Below are positions 56,332 to 64,000 of a DNA stretch of 64,000 bases, in pieces. A program made the position numbers and the translations under genes. The notes beneath the pieces are model-generated. The model was not told the DNA's origin. It saw only the letters and a list, made by a program, of their open reading frames with translations, and made no database searches. The stretch's first letter is position 1. Every line of letters starts with the position of its first letter. The stretch comes from Puniceicoccaceae bacterium (GTDB taxonomy: Bacteria; Verrucomicrobiota; Verrucomicrobiia; Opitutales; JAFGAQ01), in assembly GCA_028285755.1 (NCBI GenBank), contig JANQOQ010000008.1, forward strand, positions 193,399 to 257,398, given 5' to 3'.

Positions 56332-57516
56332 ATGAATATCCACGAGTATCAAGCCAAAGCATTATTCAGGCAGTTTGGCGTCGCTACTGAAACTGGAGTT
56401 GCCATACAAGACCTCGCTGAAATCGATCAGGCGATCAAAAATTTACCCGAAGGAATTGTGGTTGTTAAATCACAGATTCACGCGGGTGGGCGAGGAAAAG
56501 GCACTTTTACGGACGGTTATCAGGGCGGTGTAAAACTGGCAAAATCATCCGATGAGGTGAAAGAAATCGCATCGAAGATGCTCGGGAATACGCTTGTCAC
56601 GAAACAAACCGGTGCTGCGGGCAGAGAGGTGAAAACCCTGTATCTTACTGAGGGCTGCGAGATCGAAAAAGAGTATTACCTCGCGATCCTGATGGAGCGA
56701 AAGTTCTCGGCTCCGGTTTTCATCGCTTCGCAAGAGGGTGGTATGGATATTGAGGAAGTTGCAGAGGCTACTCCCGAGAAGATTACACAGGTGGTGGTAG
56801 ATCCTGCACTTGGGCTTCAAGCCTATCATAAGCGCCTGGTTGGGTTTGCACTAGGGTTGGAGGGACATCTTTTCAAACAACTCATGAAGATGCTCGATGG
56901 TCTCTATAATATGTTCATGGAGAAGGACTGTTCGATGGTAGAGATTAATCCTCTGGTGACTACTAAAAACGGACAACTCCTCGCATTAGATGCCAAAGTG
57001 AATTTTGAGGATAATGCGCTCTTCCGCCATGAAGATATCTTAGCTCTTCGTGATTTGGGAGAGGAGGATCCTAAAGAGATCGAAGCTTCCAAATACGGCC
57101 TCAGCTACATTGCGCTGGATGGTAATATCGCCTGCCTCGTAAATGGCGCGGGCCTCGCAATGGCTACCATGGATATCATCAAGCATTTTGGCGGTGAACC
57201 GGCAAACTTCCTCGATGTGGGGGGAGGTGCGAATACCGAGCAGGTAACGGAGGCATTCCGCATTATCCTGACGGACCCCAAAGTCGAAGGTATCTTGGTA
57301 AATATTTTTGGAGGCATTATGAGCTGTAAGACAATTGCTGAAGGCATTGTAGAGGCAGCCAAACAGGTAGAGATCAAGGTGCCGTTGGTTGTAAGACTTG
57401 AGGGTAATGAGGTTGCCGAAGGTAAGGCTTACCTTGAACAAAGCGGTATCGCGCTTACACCGGCAGACAGCCTGAGTGATGCGGCTGAGAAAATCGTTAA
57501 AATCGTGCAAGGCTAA
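56332..57516 (+). CDS. sucC: Succinyl-CoA synthetase beta subunit
   Basis: [17 protein letters not shown] ... ATP-grasp domain, with GGIMSC/ NIFGGI motifs. Confidence 0.95.
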   Translation: MNIHEYQAKALFRQFGVATETGVAIQDLAEIDQAIKNLPEGIVVVKSQIHAGGRGKGTFTDGYQGGVKLAKSSDEVKEIASKMLGNTLVTKQTGAAGREVKTLYLTEGCEIEKEYYLAILMERKFSAPVFIASQEGGMDIEEVAEATPEKITQVVVDPALGLQAYHKRLVGFALGLEGHLFKQLMKMLDGLYNMFMEKDCSMVEINPLVTTKNGQLLALDAKVNFEDNALFRHEDILALRDLGEEDPKEIEASKYGLSYIALDGNIACLVNGAGLAMATMDIIKHFGGEPANFLDVGGGANTEQVTEAFRIILTDPKVEGILVNIFGGIMSCKTIAEGIVEAAKQVEIKVPLVVRLEGNEVAEGKAYLEQSGIALTPADSLSDAAEKIVKIVQG

Positions 57517-57532
57517 AACGGGAGAATTTTTT

Positions 57533-58408
57533 ATGAGCATTTTAGTAAATAAAGAAACGCGCGTTGTTGGACAGGGCATTACCGGTCGTGCCGGTTCCAA
57601 GCATGCACTTAATAATATTGCTTACGGTTCTAACTATGTAGCCGCAGTCACTCCCGGCAAAGGCGGGCAGACATTTGACGACAAGCTACCAGTATTTAAC
57701 TCCGTAAGGGAAGCCGTAGAGAAAGAAGGTGCGAATACATCAGTCGTATTTGTCCCGCCCCCGTTTGCTGCAGATGGTATATTAGAAGCTATCGATGCAG
57801 GCATTGAGCTGATCGTATGTATCACGGAGGGAATCCCCATCAAGGATATGGCAATGGTGCGCACCGCCCTGGATAAGAGCAACAGCCGCCTCATCGGCCC
57901 GAATTGTCCGGGTGTGATGACTCCCGGTGAGTGTAATATCGGCATCATGCCCGGTTACATTGCTCAACCGGGTAAAGTGGGTGTGGTGAGCCGTTCAGGC
58001 ACTCTGACTTACGAAGCGGTTTACCAGCTTACCGTCCTGGGTCATGGCCAGTCGACTTGTGTAGGTATCGGGGGCGACCCGATCAATGGAACCAGCCACA
58101 CCGACGTACTGAAACTCTTTAATGAAGATCCGGAAACCGAGGCGATTATCATGATCGGCGAAATTGGAGGGGATGCTGAAGAAACGGCGGCTGCTTATGT
58201 GAAAGAGTACGTGAACAAACCGGTTGCTGCATTCATCGCGGGGACAACTGCACCTCCGGGTCGCCGCATGGGGCATGCCGGTGCAATCGTATCTGGAAAT
58301 TCCGGAAGTGCGGAGACTAAGATTGCTGCACTCAAGGATGCGGGCATCGCGGTTGCACCCACTCCTTCGGATATAGCGACAACCCTCCTTTCGGTTTATC
58401 AGCCGTAG
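57533..58408 (+). CDS. sucD: Succinyl-CoA synthetase alpha subunit
   Basis: [18 protein letters not shown] ... SRSGTLTYE ... the catalytic His is in [16 protein letters not shown] Shine-Dalgarno lies upstream of the ATG at 57533. Confidence 0.95.
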   Translation: MSILVNKETRVVGQGITGRAGSKHALNNIAYGSNYVAAVTPGKGGQTFDDKLPVFNSVREAVEKEGANTSVVFVPPPFAADGILEAIDAGIELIVCITEGIPIKDMAMVRTALDKSNSRLIGPNCPGVMTPGECNIGIMPGYIAQPGKVGVVSRSGTLTYEAVYQLTVLGHGQSTCVGIGGDPINGTSHTDVLKLFNEDPETEAIIMIGEIGGDAEETAAAYVKEYVNKPVAAFIAGTTAPPGRRMGHAGAIVSGNSGSAETKIAALKDAGIAVAPTPSDIATTLLSVYQP

Positions 58409-58411
58409 GAT

Positions 58412-58531
58412 ATGGCAGACGAGCAAAAGCCCAAGGACGAGGAAAAGCCGATTCCCATGAAGTGGATTCTGTTTGCGATCCTTGGGTTTGCACTGGCTTT
58501 CAATATCTACTTTTTCGCAAAAAATCTTTAA
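58412..58531 (+). CDS. Small single-TM protein (39 aa), below the ORF-track cutoff
   Basis: AGGA lies 5 nt upstream of the ATG, 3 nt after the sucD stop. The product is MADEQKPKDEEKPIPMKWILFAILGFALAFNIYFFAKNL*: a charged N-terminus plus one hydrophobic helix. Confidence 0.35.
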   Translation: MADEQKPKDEEKPIPMKWILFAILGFALAFNIYFFAKNL

Positions 58532-59730
58532 TCAGCGAGATTCAGGATTTCAGCTGCGATGGCATCTGCCTTAAGTCGCCCTTCGAGGGTCAGGCAAGCT
58601 TGTTGATTTTCGAGCGTAAGCAAATTCTCAGTGGCACATTGATTGAGAAAATGCGTGATGCTATCCCAGTAGGGCGCGGATTTTAGTGCGGCTAATTCAT
58701 CAATAGATACCCCCTGATTCATACGTAAGCCAAATATCAGACGATCTACTGCGATCATTTCAGGAGTAAGCTCAATATGTTCCTCATAGGATTCCTTAGG
58801 ATTATCCAAGTGTTTAATCCAATGATCCGTATCGTAGCTATTCGTGTAACGGTAGCCTTGGTATTGGGAAGATGCGGAGGGCCCGATCCCGATCCATTCC
58901 TGCATTTGCCAGGTGTTTTGATTGTGGATGCAGGCGAGTCCTGTTTTTGCGAAATTGGATATCTCGTATTGCCGGTAGCCCTTTGATTCCAGATAGTCCC
59001 AGGCAAATCGGTAGAGCTCGGATTCCGCTTCGAGATCGATCTTGTAGATGCGCTGCATTAACTTGGAATAAAGTGCGGTATCTTCCTCAAAAGTAAGGCA
59101 ATAGGTAGAGATGTGTTCTGGGTCTAAAGCAATAGTCTTCTCTAAATCGTCTTCGAGCTCCTGAATTGTCTGGCCGGGATAGGCGATGATGAGATCCAGA
59201 TTTACGTTCTTAAATTCCGCATCCCGTATCCAGTCGTAGGCCCTAAAAACTTGATCGACGTTAAAATCGCGACCGATGATCTCGAGTGCGCGGGGATTAA
59301 AGGTTTGCACGCCCATTGAAATCCGGTTTACCCCCGCATTTTTCAGCACCTTCAGTTTTTCAGGGGTGACTGAGCCGGGGGCCATTTCGATGCTCCACTC
59401 CTGAAGGTTATCTCGATTCAGCCCATTACCGATGGTTTTGCAAAGTTCGTTCAGTTCTATGCTGCTTAGCAGCCCGGGCGTGCCTCCCCCAATGAAAACG
59501 GTAGATATATGTTGCTTATCCCCCGAATCGATGAAACTCCACTCTTTTGCAATTGCCTCGAGGTAGGCTGCTTTCTTAGCTACGGTCGGTTTGCTTTGTA
59601 CAAAGGCGCAAAAATCGCAGGTAGTCGCACAGAATGGCACATGAGCATAGAGCCCCAGCTTTAAATTCGTACTGGTATTTTCATGTAAAAATAGAGGCTT
59701 TCGCATCTCTGTGTGAATCTCAGGCATCAA
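58528..59730 (-). CDS. hemW: Radical SAM heme chaperone HemW (HemN-like, oxygen-independent coproporphyrinogen oxidase family)
   Basis: YAHVPFCATTCDFCAF (CxxxCxxC) followed by a HemN_C-like tail, in 400 aa. Confidence 0.85.
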   Translation of the reverse strand: MMPEIHTEMRKPLFLHENTSTNLKLGLYAHVPFCATTCDFCAFVQSKPTVAKKAAYLEAIAKEWSFIDSGDKQHISTVFIGGGTPGLLSSIELNELCKTIGNGLNRDNLQEWSIEMAPGSVTPEKLKVLKNAGVNRISMGVQTFNPRALEIIGRDFNVDQVFRAYDWIRDAEFKNVNLDLIIAYPGQTIQELEDDLEKTIALDPEHISTYCLTFEEDTALYSKLMQRIYKIDLEAESELYRFAWDYLESKGYRQYEISNFAKTGLACIHNQNTWQMQEWIGIGPSASSQYQGYRYTNSYDTDHWIKHLDNPKESYEEHIELTPEMIAVDRLIFGLRMNQGVSIDELAALKSAPYWDSITHFLNQCATENLLTLENQQACLTLEGRLKADAIAAEILNLAD

Positions 59731-59783
59731 TTGAATTGAAATCTACTGCATAAAGTGTTCAAGATGAATGCACCATCAAAATT

Positions 59784-60695
59784 ATGAAGTGTTTTTGGGC
59801 GAATATTTGCCTTTTAGGCTATCTACTCTTTTTTACTACATCCTGCACAACCGTCCCCACGCTCACCAACTTTACCCCTCAGGTGATCCCGGAAAATCAA
59901 TCGCGCATTTATAGTGTATCTATGGTTTTGGAAGAGGGCCAAACGCTTCGTGCGGATCAAAAAGCGCAAGTGGTAATAGGCGGCGAAGTGTATGACATGG
60001 TTCCCATACCGGCTCTGGAGGGTCATTATGTCTTTGATTATGCAATGCCCGCAGGGCAAAACCTCGCCCGCTATTACTTCCAGGTAGCCAATGAATCGGG
60101 TGACTCCCTGAGTAAATCCGAAATCCATGAATTTAGATTAACCAACCGCTATATCCTAGAGCTCAGTAGTCAGCGCGGGCGACCCGGCCAGCAAATCAGT
60201 GTGTTGGGCAAGGGTTTTACAGATACGGATACCATTCTGTTTTCGGGTATTGAGGTGCCCACACGTTATACCTCTGAAAGCCAGTTGGTATTTGATGTGC
60301 CGGCTATGGCCGCAGGTTCGGATTATGAGCTTACCTTGCGCACCCCGGGAGGTTTGCTGGAGGCGGGCATATTCCGCATTGATTTTAGCCAGCTGCGCGT
60401 GGTTCCGTTTCGCCTTCAATTAGTGCAGGGGCAATCCGCTGTCGTGGTATTTTCTATTGACCACGATGCACCTACAGGAGGAGTGCCTTTGAGCTTAAGC
60501 AGCACCGTTTGGGATGTAGTGCGTTTCGGAGAGGCTATAATTCCAGAAAACAGTCGTTCAACGAATATTGAAATCGAAGGAAACACTCCTGGCATTACAA
60601 CCATCATCGCCCAAGCTGAAGGGCACAACGAAGTTGAAATCGATGTAGAGGTGATTGATCGTTTAGTTGACGATTCCGGTTCCGGACTTCAGTAG
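59784..60695 (+). CDS. Secreted or lipoprotein with IPT/TIG-like Ig-fold repeats
   Basis: Signal peptide ending TTSC. It has GRPGQQISVLGKGFTDTDTILFSGIEVPTRYTSESQLVFDVPAMAAGSDYELTLRTPGG, which follows the IPT/TIG pattern. Confidence 0.65.
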   Translation: MKCFWANICLLGYLLFFTTSCTTVPTLTNFTPQVIPENQSRIYSVSMVLEEGQTLRADQKAQVVIGGEVYDMVPIPALEGHYVFDYAMPAGQNLARYYFQVANESGDSLSKSEIHEFRLTNRYILELSSQRGRPGQQISVLGKGFTDTDTILFSGIEVPTRYTSESQLVFDVPAMAAGSDYELTLRTPGGLLEAGIFRIDFSQLRVVPFRLQLVQGQSAVVVFSIDHDAPTGGVPLSLSSTVWDVVRFGEAIIPENSRSTNIEIEGNTPGITTIIAQAEGHNEVEIDVEVIDRLVDDSGSGLQ

Positions 60696-60696
60696 T

Positions 60697-62199
60697 TTAA
60701 GTAGCTGTTTCGCAGTAGCGCGTTTCGCGGATAACCGTTATCTTAATGGTCGAAGGATAATTCATCGAGCTCTCAATTTCGCGGCTGAGATTCAGCGCCA
60801 GTTTTTGTGCCTCCGAATCATCGATCGTATCCGGTTCCACAATGACGCGAATCTCCCTGCCAGCTTGCAGAGCAAACGCATCTTTCACGCCGTTGAAGCT
60901 TTTAGCAGTATTTTCGAGGGTTTTCACACGTTCCACATAGCTATCCAATGAATCCGTGCGTGCACCCGGTCGCATTGCTGATATACGATCCGCCACGATG
61001 ACTAAGGGTGCATAAGGACTCTCCGCGTGAACTTCTTCATGGCTTGCAGCGACTGCATTTACGACCCGGCCATCTTCGTTATGCCTCTCCAAGATTTTGG
61101 AAGCCGCCTGGGCATGGCTGCCCTCAAACTCATGATCGATCGCCTTGCCCAGGTCATGAAAAAGGGCAGCGCGTTTGGCGATATTCGGATCCAGTCCAAG
61201 CTCGCTGGCGAGCATTGAGCTGATATAGGCTACCTCGATCGAGTGTTCGAGAGAATTTTGATTGAGAGACAAACGAAAATGTAGCTTTCCCAGGAGTGTT
61301 AAGATCTCCTTAGGAGCAGGTTTGAGTTTCAGTCGATTCATGGCCTGCTCGCCCAGCTGGTTTACATTTTCCTGAACCCCTTTGTTGGCTGTTTCAACGG
61401 CTTCTTCGATAGTTGAGGGATGGATGCGCCCATCCTTGAGCAGTTTTTCCAGGGCGATTCGGGCCACTTCGCGCTTTACCGGATCAAACGCTGAAATAAG
61501 CACGGAGTCCGGGGTTTCATCAATCATCAAAGTAGTGCCTGTAGCGGCTTCAAAACTGCGAATATTTCTACCTTCGCGCCCAATAATCCGCCCTTTCATG
61601 TCTTCACTGGGCAAATCTACAATTGTAGCTGTTGCTTCAGTTGCGGGCTCGGTAGTTACACGCTGCATTGCAGTGATCAGTAGTTCCGATGCTTCCTGGT
61701 GGATCTCGCTTTCCGTTTTTTCGCTCAGCTGATGTTTGAGCCGACTTAACTCTTCCTTATTTTGCTCGTAAATTTGTGCTTCCAGTGCCTCTTTCATTTT
61801 TTCCGGGGAGAGTTTCAGAATATCGGAATATTCCTTGGTGATCGCCTGCCTTTGTTTATCGAGTTCGGTTTTCTGCTCATCGAGCTCTTCCAGCTTTGCA
61901 TTGAGTTTGCTGCGCAGTGTCTGCTGGTCTGATTTTTCCTGGGCGAGTTCGCTTATTTTTTCTTCGAGGGATTCTGTTTTAAGCCTGAGTGCAATCTCTT
62001 GCTCTCTGATTTCCAGAAGCTTTGCTTCTGCCTTCTTTTTATGTTCAGATTCGAGTTCAACACGCTTGGCTTCTATATCGCGATTTGCATTCTCTGCCAG
62101 CTTCTTGAGTTGCTTACCGAAAATCAATCGATAGGTGACGATACCGATTGTGAAAGACAGGGCAATGATACCCCCGATTTGGAACGCATTTAATTCCAT
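60697..62199 (-). CDS. rny: Ribonuclease Y
   Basis: N-terminal TM helix, coiled coil, KH domain (MKGRIIGREGRNIRSFE) and HD domain (AALFHDLGKA), in 500 aa. Confidence 0.93.
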   Translation of the reverse strand: MELNAFQIGGIIALSFTIGIVTYRLIFGKQLKKLAENANRDIEAKRVELESEHKKKAEAKLLEIREQEIALRLKTESLEEKISELAQEKSDQQTLRSKLNAKLEELDEQKTELDKQRQAITKEYSDILKLSPEKMKEALEAQIYEQNKEELSRLKHQLSEKTESEIHQEASELLITAMQRVTTEPATEATATIVDLPSEDMKGRIIGREGRNIRSFEAATGTTLMIDETPDSVLISAFDPVKREVARIALEKLLKDGRIHPSTIEEAVETANKGVQENVNQLGEQAMNRLKLKPAPKEILTLLGKLHFRLSLNQNSLEHSIEVAYISSMLASELGLDPNIAKRAALFHDLGKAIDHEFEGSHAQAASKILERHNEDGRVVNAVAASHEEVHAESPYAPLVIVADRISAMRPGARTDSLDSYVERVKTLENTAKSFNGVKDAFALQAGREIRVIVEPDTIDDSEAQKLALNLSREIESSMNYPSTIKITVIRETRYCETAT

Positions 62200-62278
62200 A
62201 ACAAGAGCCTTGATTGAGCTTTGAAAAGCTCAGCCTCTCCGTTTTTAATTCGATACATATTCCCCACTATTTAAGACA

Positions 62279-62374
<96 letters not shown>

Positions 62375-62636
62375 TGAATTACTACGGTATTTAGGCTATA
62401 TTACTTAATCAAGTCGAAAATTTTTGTTTGATCATCTCTAATATTCTACCTAATAGAAACGTTTTAACTTATATAAATACATCTGCTTTGTTTCATAATT
62501 GTTACTTAAACTAATCTTGCCAACGGAATATCCCTGTATTTTTTGTTGCATTCCCTAGTTATGAAATCTGAGCTCCGCAGTCGTTACGCTTCAAAATTTC
62601 CCTTATATTTTTAACAGTATAATCAAACAAGAACCT

Positions 62637-63404
62637 ATGATTCGAAAAATTACTCCCGTTACTGCTCTCCTGTTGATTGCCTATGGCGCAATTGCACAGA
62701 GTAATGAGCAAGTTGAAATGGCACGAGAAAAACTCCAACAGTGGGTGGAAACCCGTCAGATCATCTCTAAGGAGCGTGCTGACTGGAAAGTGCAGGAAGA
62801 GTCGCTGCGAGCTACCAAAGAGCTATTGGAGTTCGAGCTCGAAGATGTGAATGCAAGCCTTAGCAGTTTAACTGAGGATGCATCTGCGGCGGATACTCAA
62901 CGCGCTGAACTCACTGATCAACGCAATCAGCTGGATCAAGCCACTGATTCTGTAAAGCTCGCTGTTGCAAATCTTGAAGTGCAGATCAAAGAGATGTTAC
63001 CGCGCTTCCCTGACTTTTTCCGCACCAAGATCGACCCTCTGGTGCAAAGAATGCCTAAGGACCCTTACAATCCGGGAAAACTTTCTATCGGCCAGCGCCT
63101 TCCCAATGTGGTGGGTATCATCAGCCAGGCGAATAAAGACAACTCTCAGCCCCACTTTGTAAATGAGGACGTAACACTTGACGATGGTACTCAGCTCCAG
63201 GTGGATGTGCTCTATTGGGGCCTCGGAATCGCTTACTTCGTGGATAAGGCGAATGCCTATGCCGGTTATAAGTATCCTAGTTCTGATGGATGGGTTGCTG
63301 AAATTCAAAGTGAAGCTGCATTGAGCATCCGTGCTTTGATGGATATCTATCAGCGTCGTAATACTGAAGTTGAATTTATCGAAGTTCCTGCAGTAATCCG
63401 CTAA
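62637..63404 (+). CDS. DUF3450-family periplasmic coiled-coil protein (TonB-system associated)
   Basis: Signal peptide, then the coiled coil KLQQWVETRQIISKERADWKVQEESL and a C-terminal FIEVPAVI. The position upstream of an ExbB-like gene is the usual context. Confidence 0.7.
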   Translation: MIRKITPVTALLLIAYGAIAQSNEQVEMAREKLQQWVETRQIISKERADWKVQEESLRATKELLEFELEDVNASLSSLTEDASAADTQRAELTDQRNQLDQATDSVKLAVANLEVQIKEMLPRFPDFFRTKIDPLVQRMPKDPYNPGKLSIGQRLPNVVGIISQANKDNSQPHFVNEDVTLDDGTQLQVDVLYWGLGIAYFVDKANAYAGYKYPSSDGWVAEIQSEAALSIRALMDIYQRRNTEVEFIEVPAVIR

Positions 63405-63430
63405 TCTCCAAACTATAAATTTTTAGAATA

Positions 63431-64000
63431 ATGAAACTATTATTGAAATCTATTTTTATTCTCAGTCTTGTAGCGCTGGCATCGAGTCTGCAGGCTCAGA
63501 GCCTGCGTCAGGCGATCACCTCGGTTGATGCGGATTTGGAATCAGCGCTTCAGGAACTTGCCCAATTGCGTGAGGAAATTGCAGCCGAACGTATTCCTTT
63601 GGCAACCGAAGTAGAAGAACTTGAGCGTGAAGTATTATCCTTGAATGCGGATCTTAACCGTGAGCAACGCCTTCGTGATAATCGTGATATCGGTTTGCAG
63701 GCACTTGAAGATGAAGTGGAAAGCAAGCAGGAGGAAATTGAATACATCCGTGGCTTACTCCGCGATTTTGTAAATACCTTCAATGCACAGTTAACTGTAT
63801 CTGAGCGTCAGATCTACATCGATATGATTCGTGATGTAGACAGTGCTGCCAATGACCCTGAAATGTCTCAAAAAGAGCTTTTTGACATGCAGATGGAGAT
63901 CGTTAACGAATCTGCAGACCGTATGGGATCTCTTATTGGAGGTTATACCTTTGACGGAGTAGCGGTTTCAACCGGTGGTGAGATCATCGACGGTAAATTT
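63431..64000 (+). CDS. Secreted coiled-coil N-terminal region, probably a long MotA/TolQ/ExbB-family protein (partial, runs off the window end)
   Basis: The frame is open from the ATG at 63431 to the window end (190 codons): MKLLLKSIFILSLVALASSLQAQSL..., with a signal peptide. It follows a DUF3450 gene. The channel domain is not visible, so the identity is inferred from context. Confidence 0.45.
   Translation, partial: MKLLLKSIFILSLVALASSLQAQSLRQAITSVDADLESALQELAQLREEIAAERIPLATEVEELEREVLSLNADLNREQRLRDNRDIGLQALEDEVESKQEEIEYIRGLLRDFVNTFNAQLTVSERQIYIDMIRDVDSAANDPEMSQKELFDMQMEIVNESADRMGSLIGGYTFDGVAVSTGGEIIDGKF

Overview
This is a 64-kb chromosomal window from a Gram-negative bacterium of mid-range GC. 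The gene content (LpxI, RNase Y, arylsulfatase, DUF3450/ExbB, HDOD, MipA) hints at a marine PVC/Verrucomicrobiota-like organism, but that is only a guess. Housekeeping DNA covers 1-20.3 kb and 38.7-64 kb. It includes lpxI, leuS, cca, ppx-family, rsmI, pgi, ilvD, scpB, pheA and an alpha-oxoamine-synthase/ACP/hotdog/GT4 lipid-type cluster. It also includes trpS, a hybrid sensor kinase, sulfatase, rpsB-tsf, a cysH/cysIJ/cobA/sirB sulfur-siroheme cluster, sucCD, hemW, rny, SRP RNA and the start of a TonB-type ExbB locus. At 20351-38663 it is interrupted by a visibly AT-richer island of about 18.3 kb. The island is inserted in an initiator-like tRNA-Met(CAU) gene and bounded by 89-bp direct repeats (88/89 identical) that duplicate the 3' 47 nt of the tRNA plus its terminator. 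It looks like an integrative mobilizable element: three tyrosine recombinases, two excisionase-type HTH genes and MobC plus a MobA/VirD2-type relaxase, with no T4SS and no phage structural genes. Its cargo is defence-type: (i) a 1078-aa Upf1/DNA2-like SF1 helicase with an unassigned 380-aa N-terminal region, divergent from an HTH gene and a 4-TM protein gene; (ii) a PIN/AbrB toxin-antitoxin pair; (iii) a 1019-aa protein I read as SIR2 + degenerate P-loop NTPase + TPR-like repeats + C-terminal cold-shock-like barrel; (iv) an AAA+/DUF4143 ATPase. The most interesting observation is that the SIR2 gene and a small FimB/FimE-sized tyrosine recombinase are bracketed by two 27-nt lox-like sites (arm-spacer-arm) in inverted orientation. 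This suggests an invertible or recombinase-mobilised defence cassette. No CRISPR array, rRNA gene, retron RT or integron was seen. All functional calls come from reading motifs in the supplied translations; no database search was possible.
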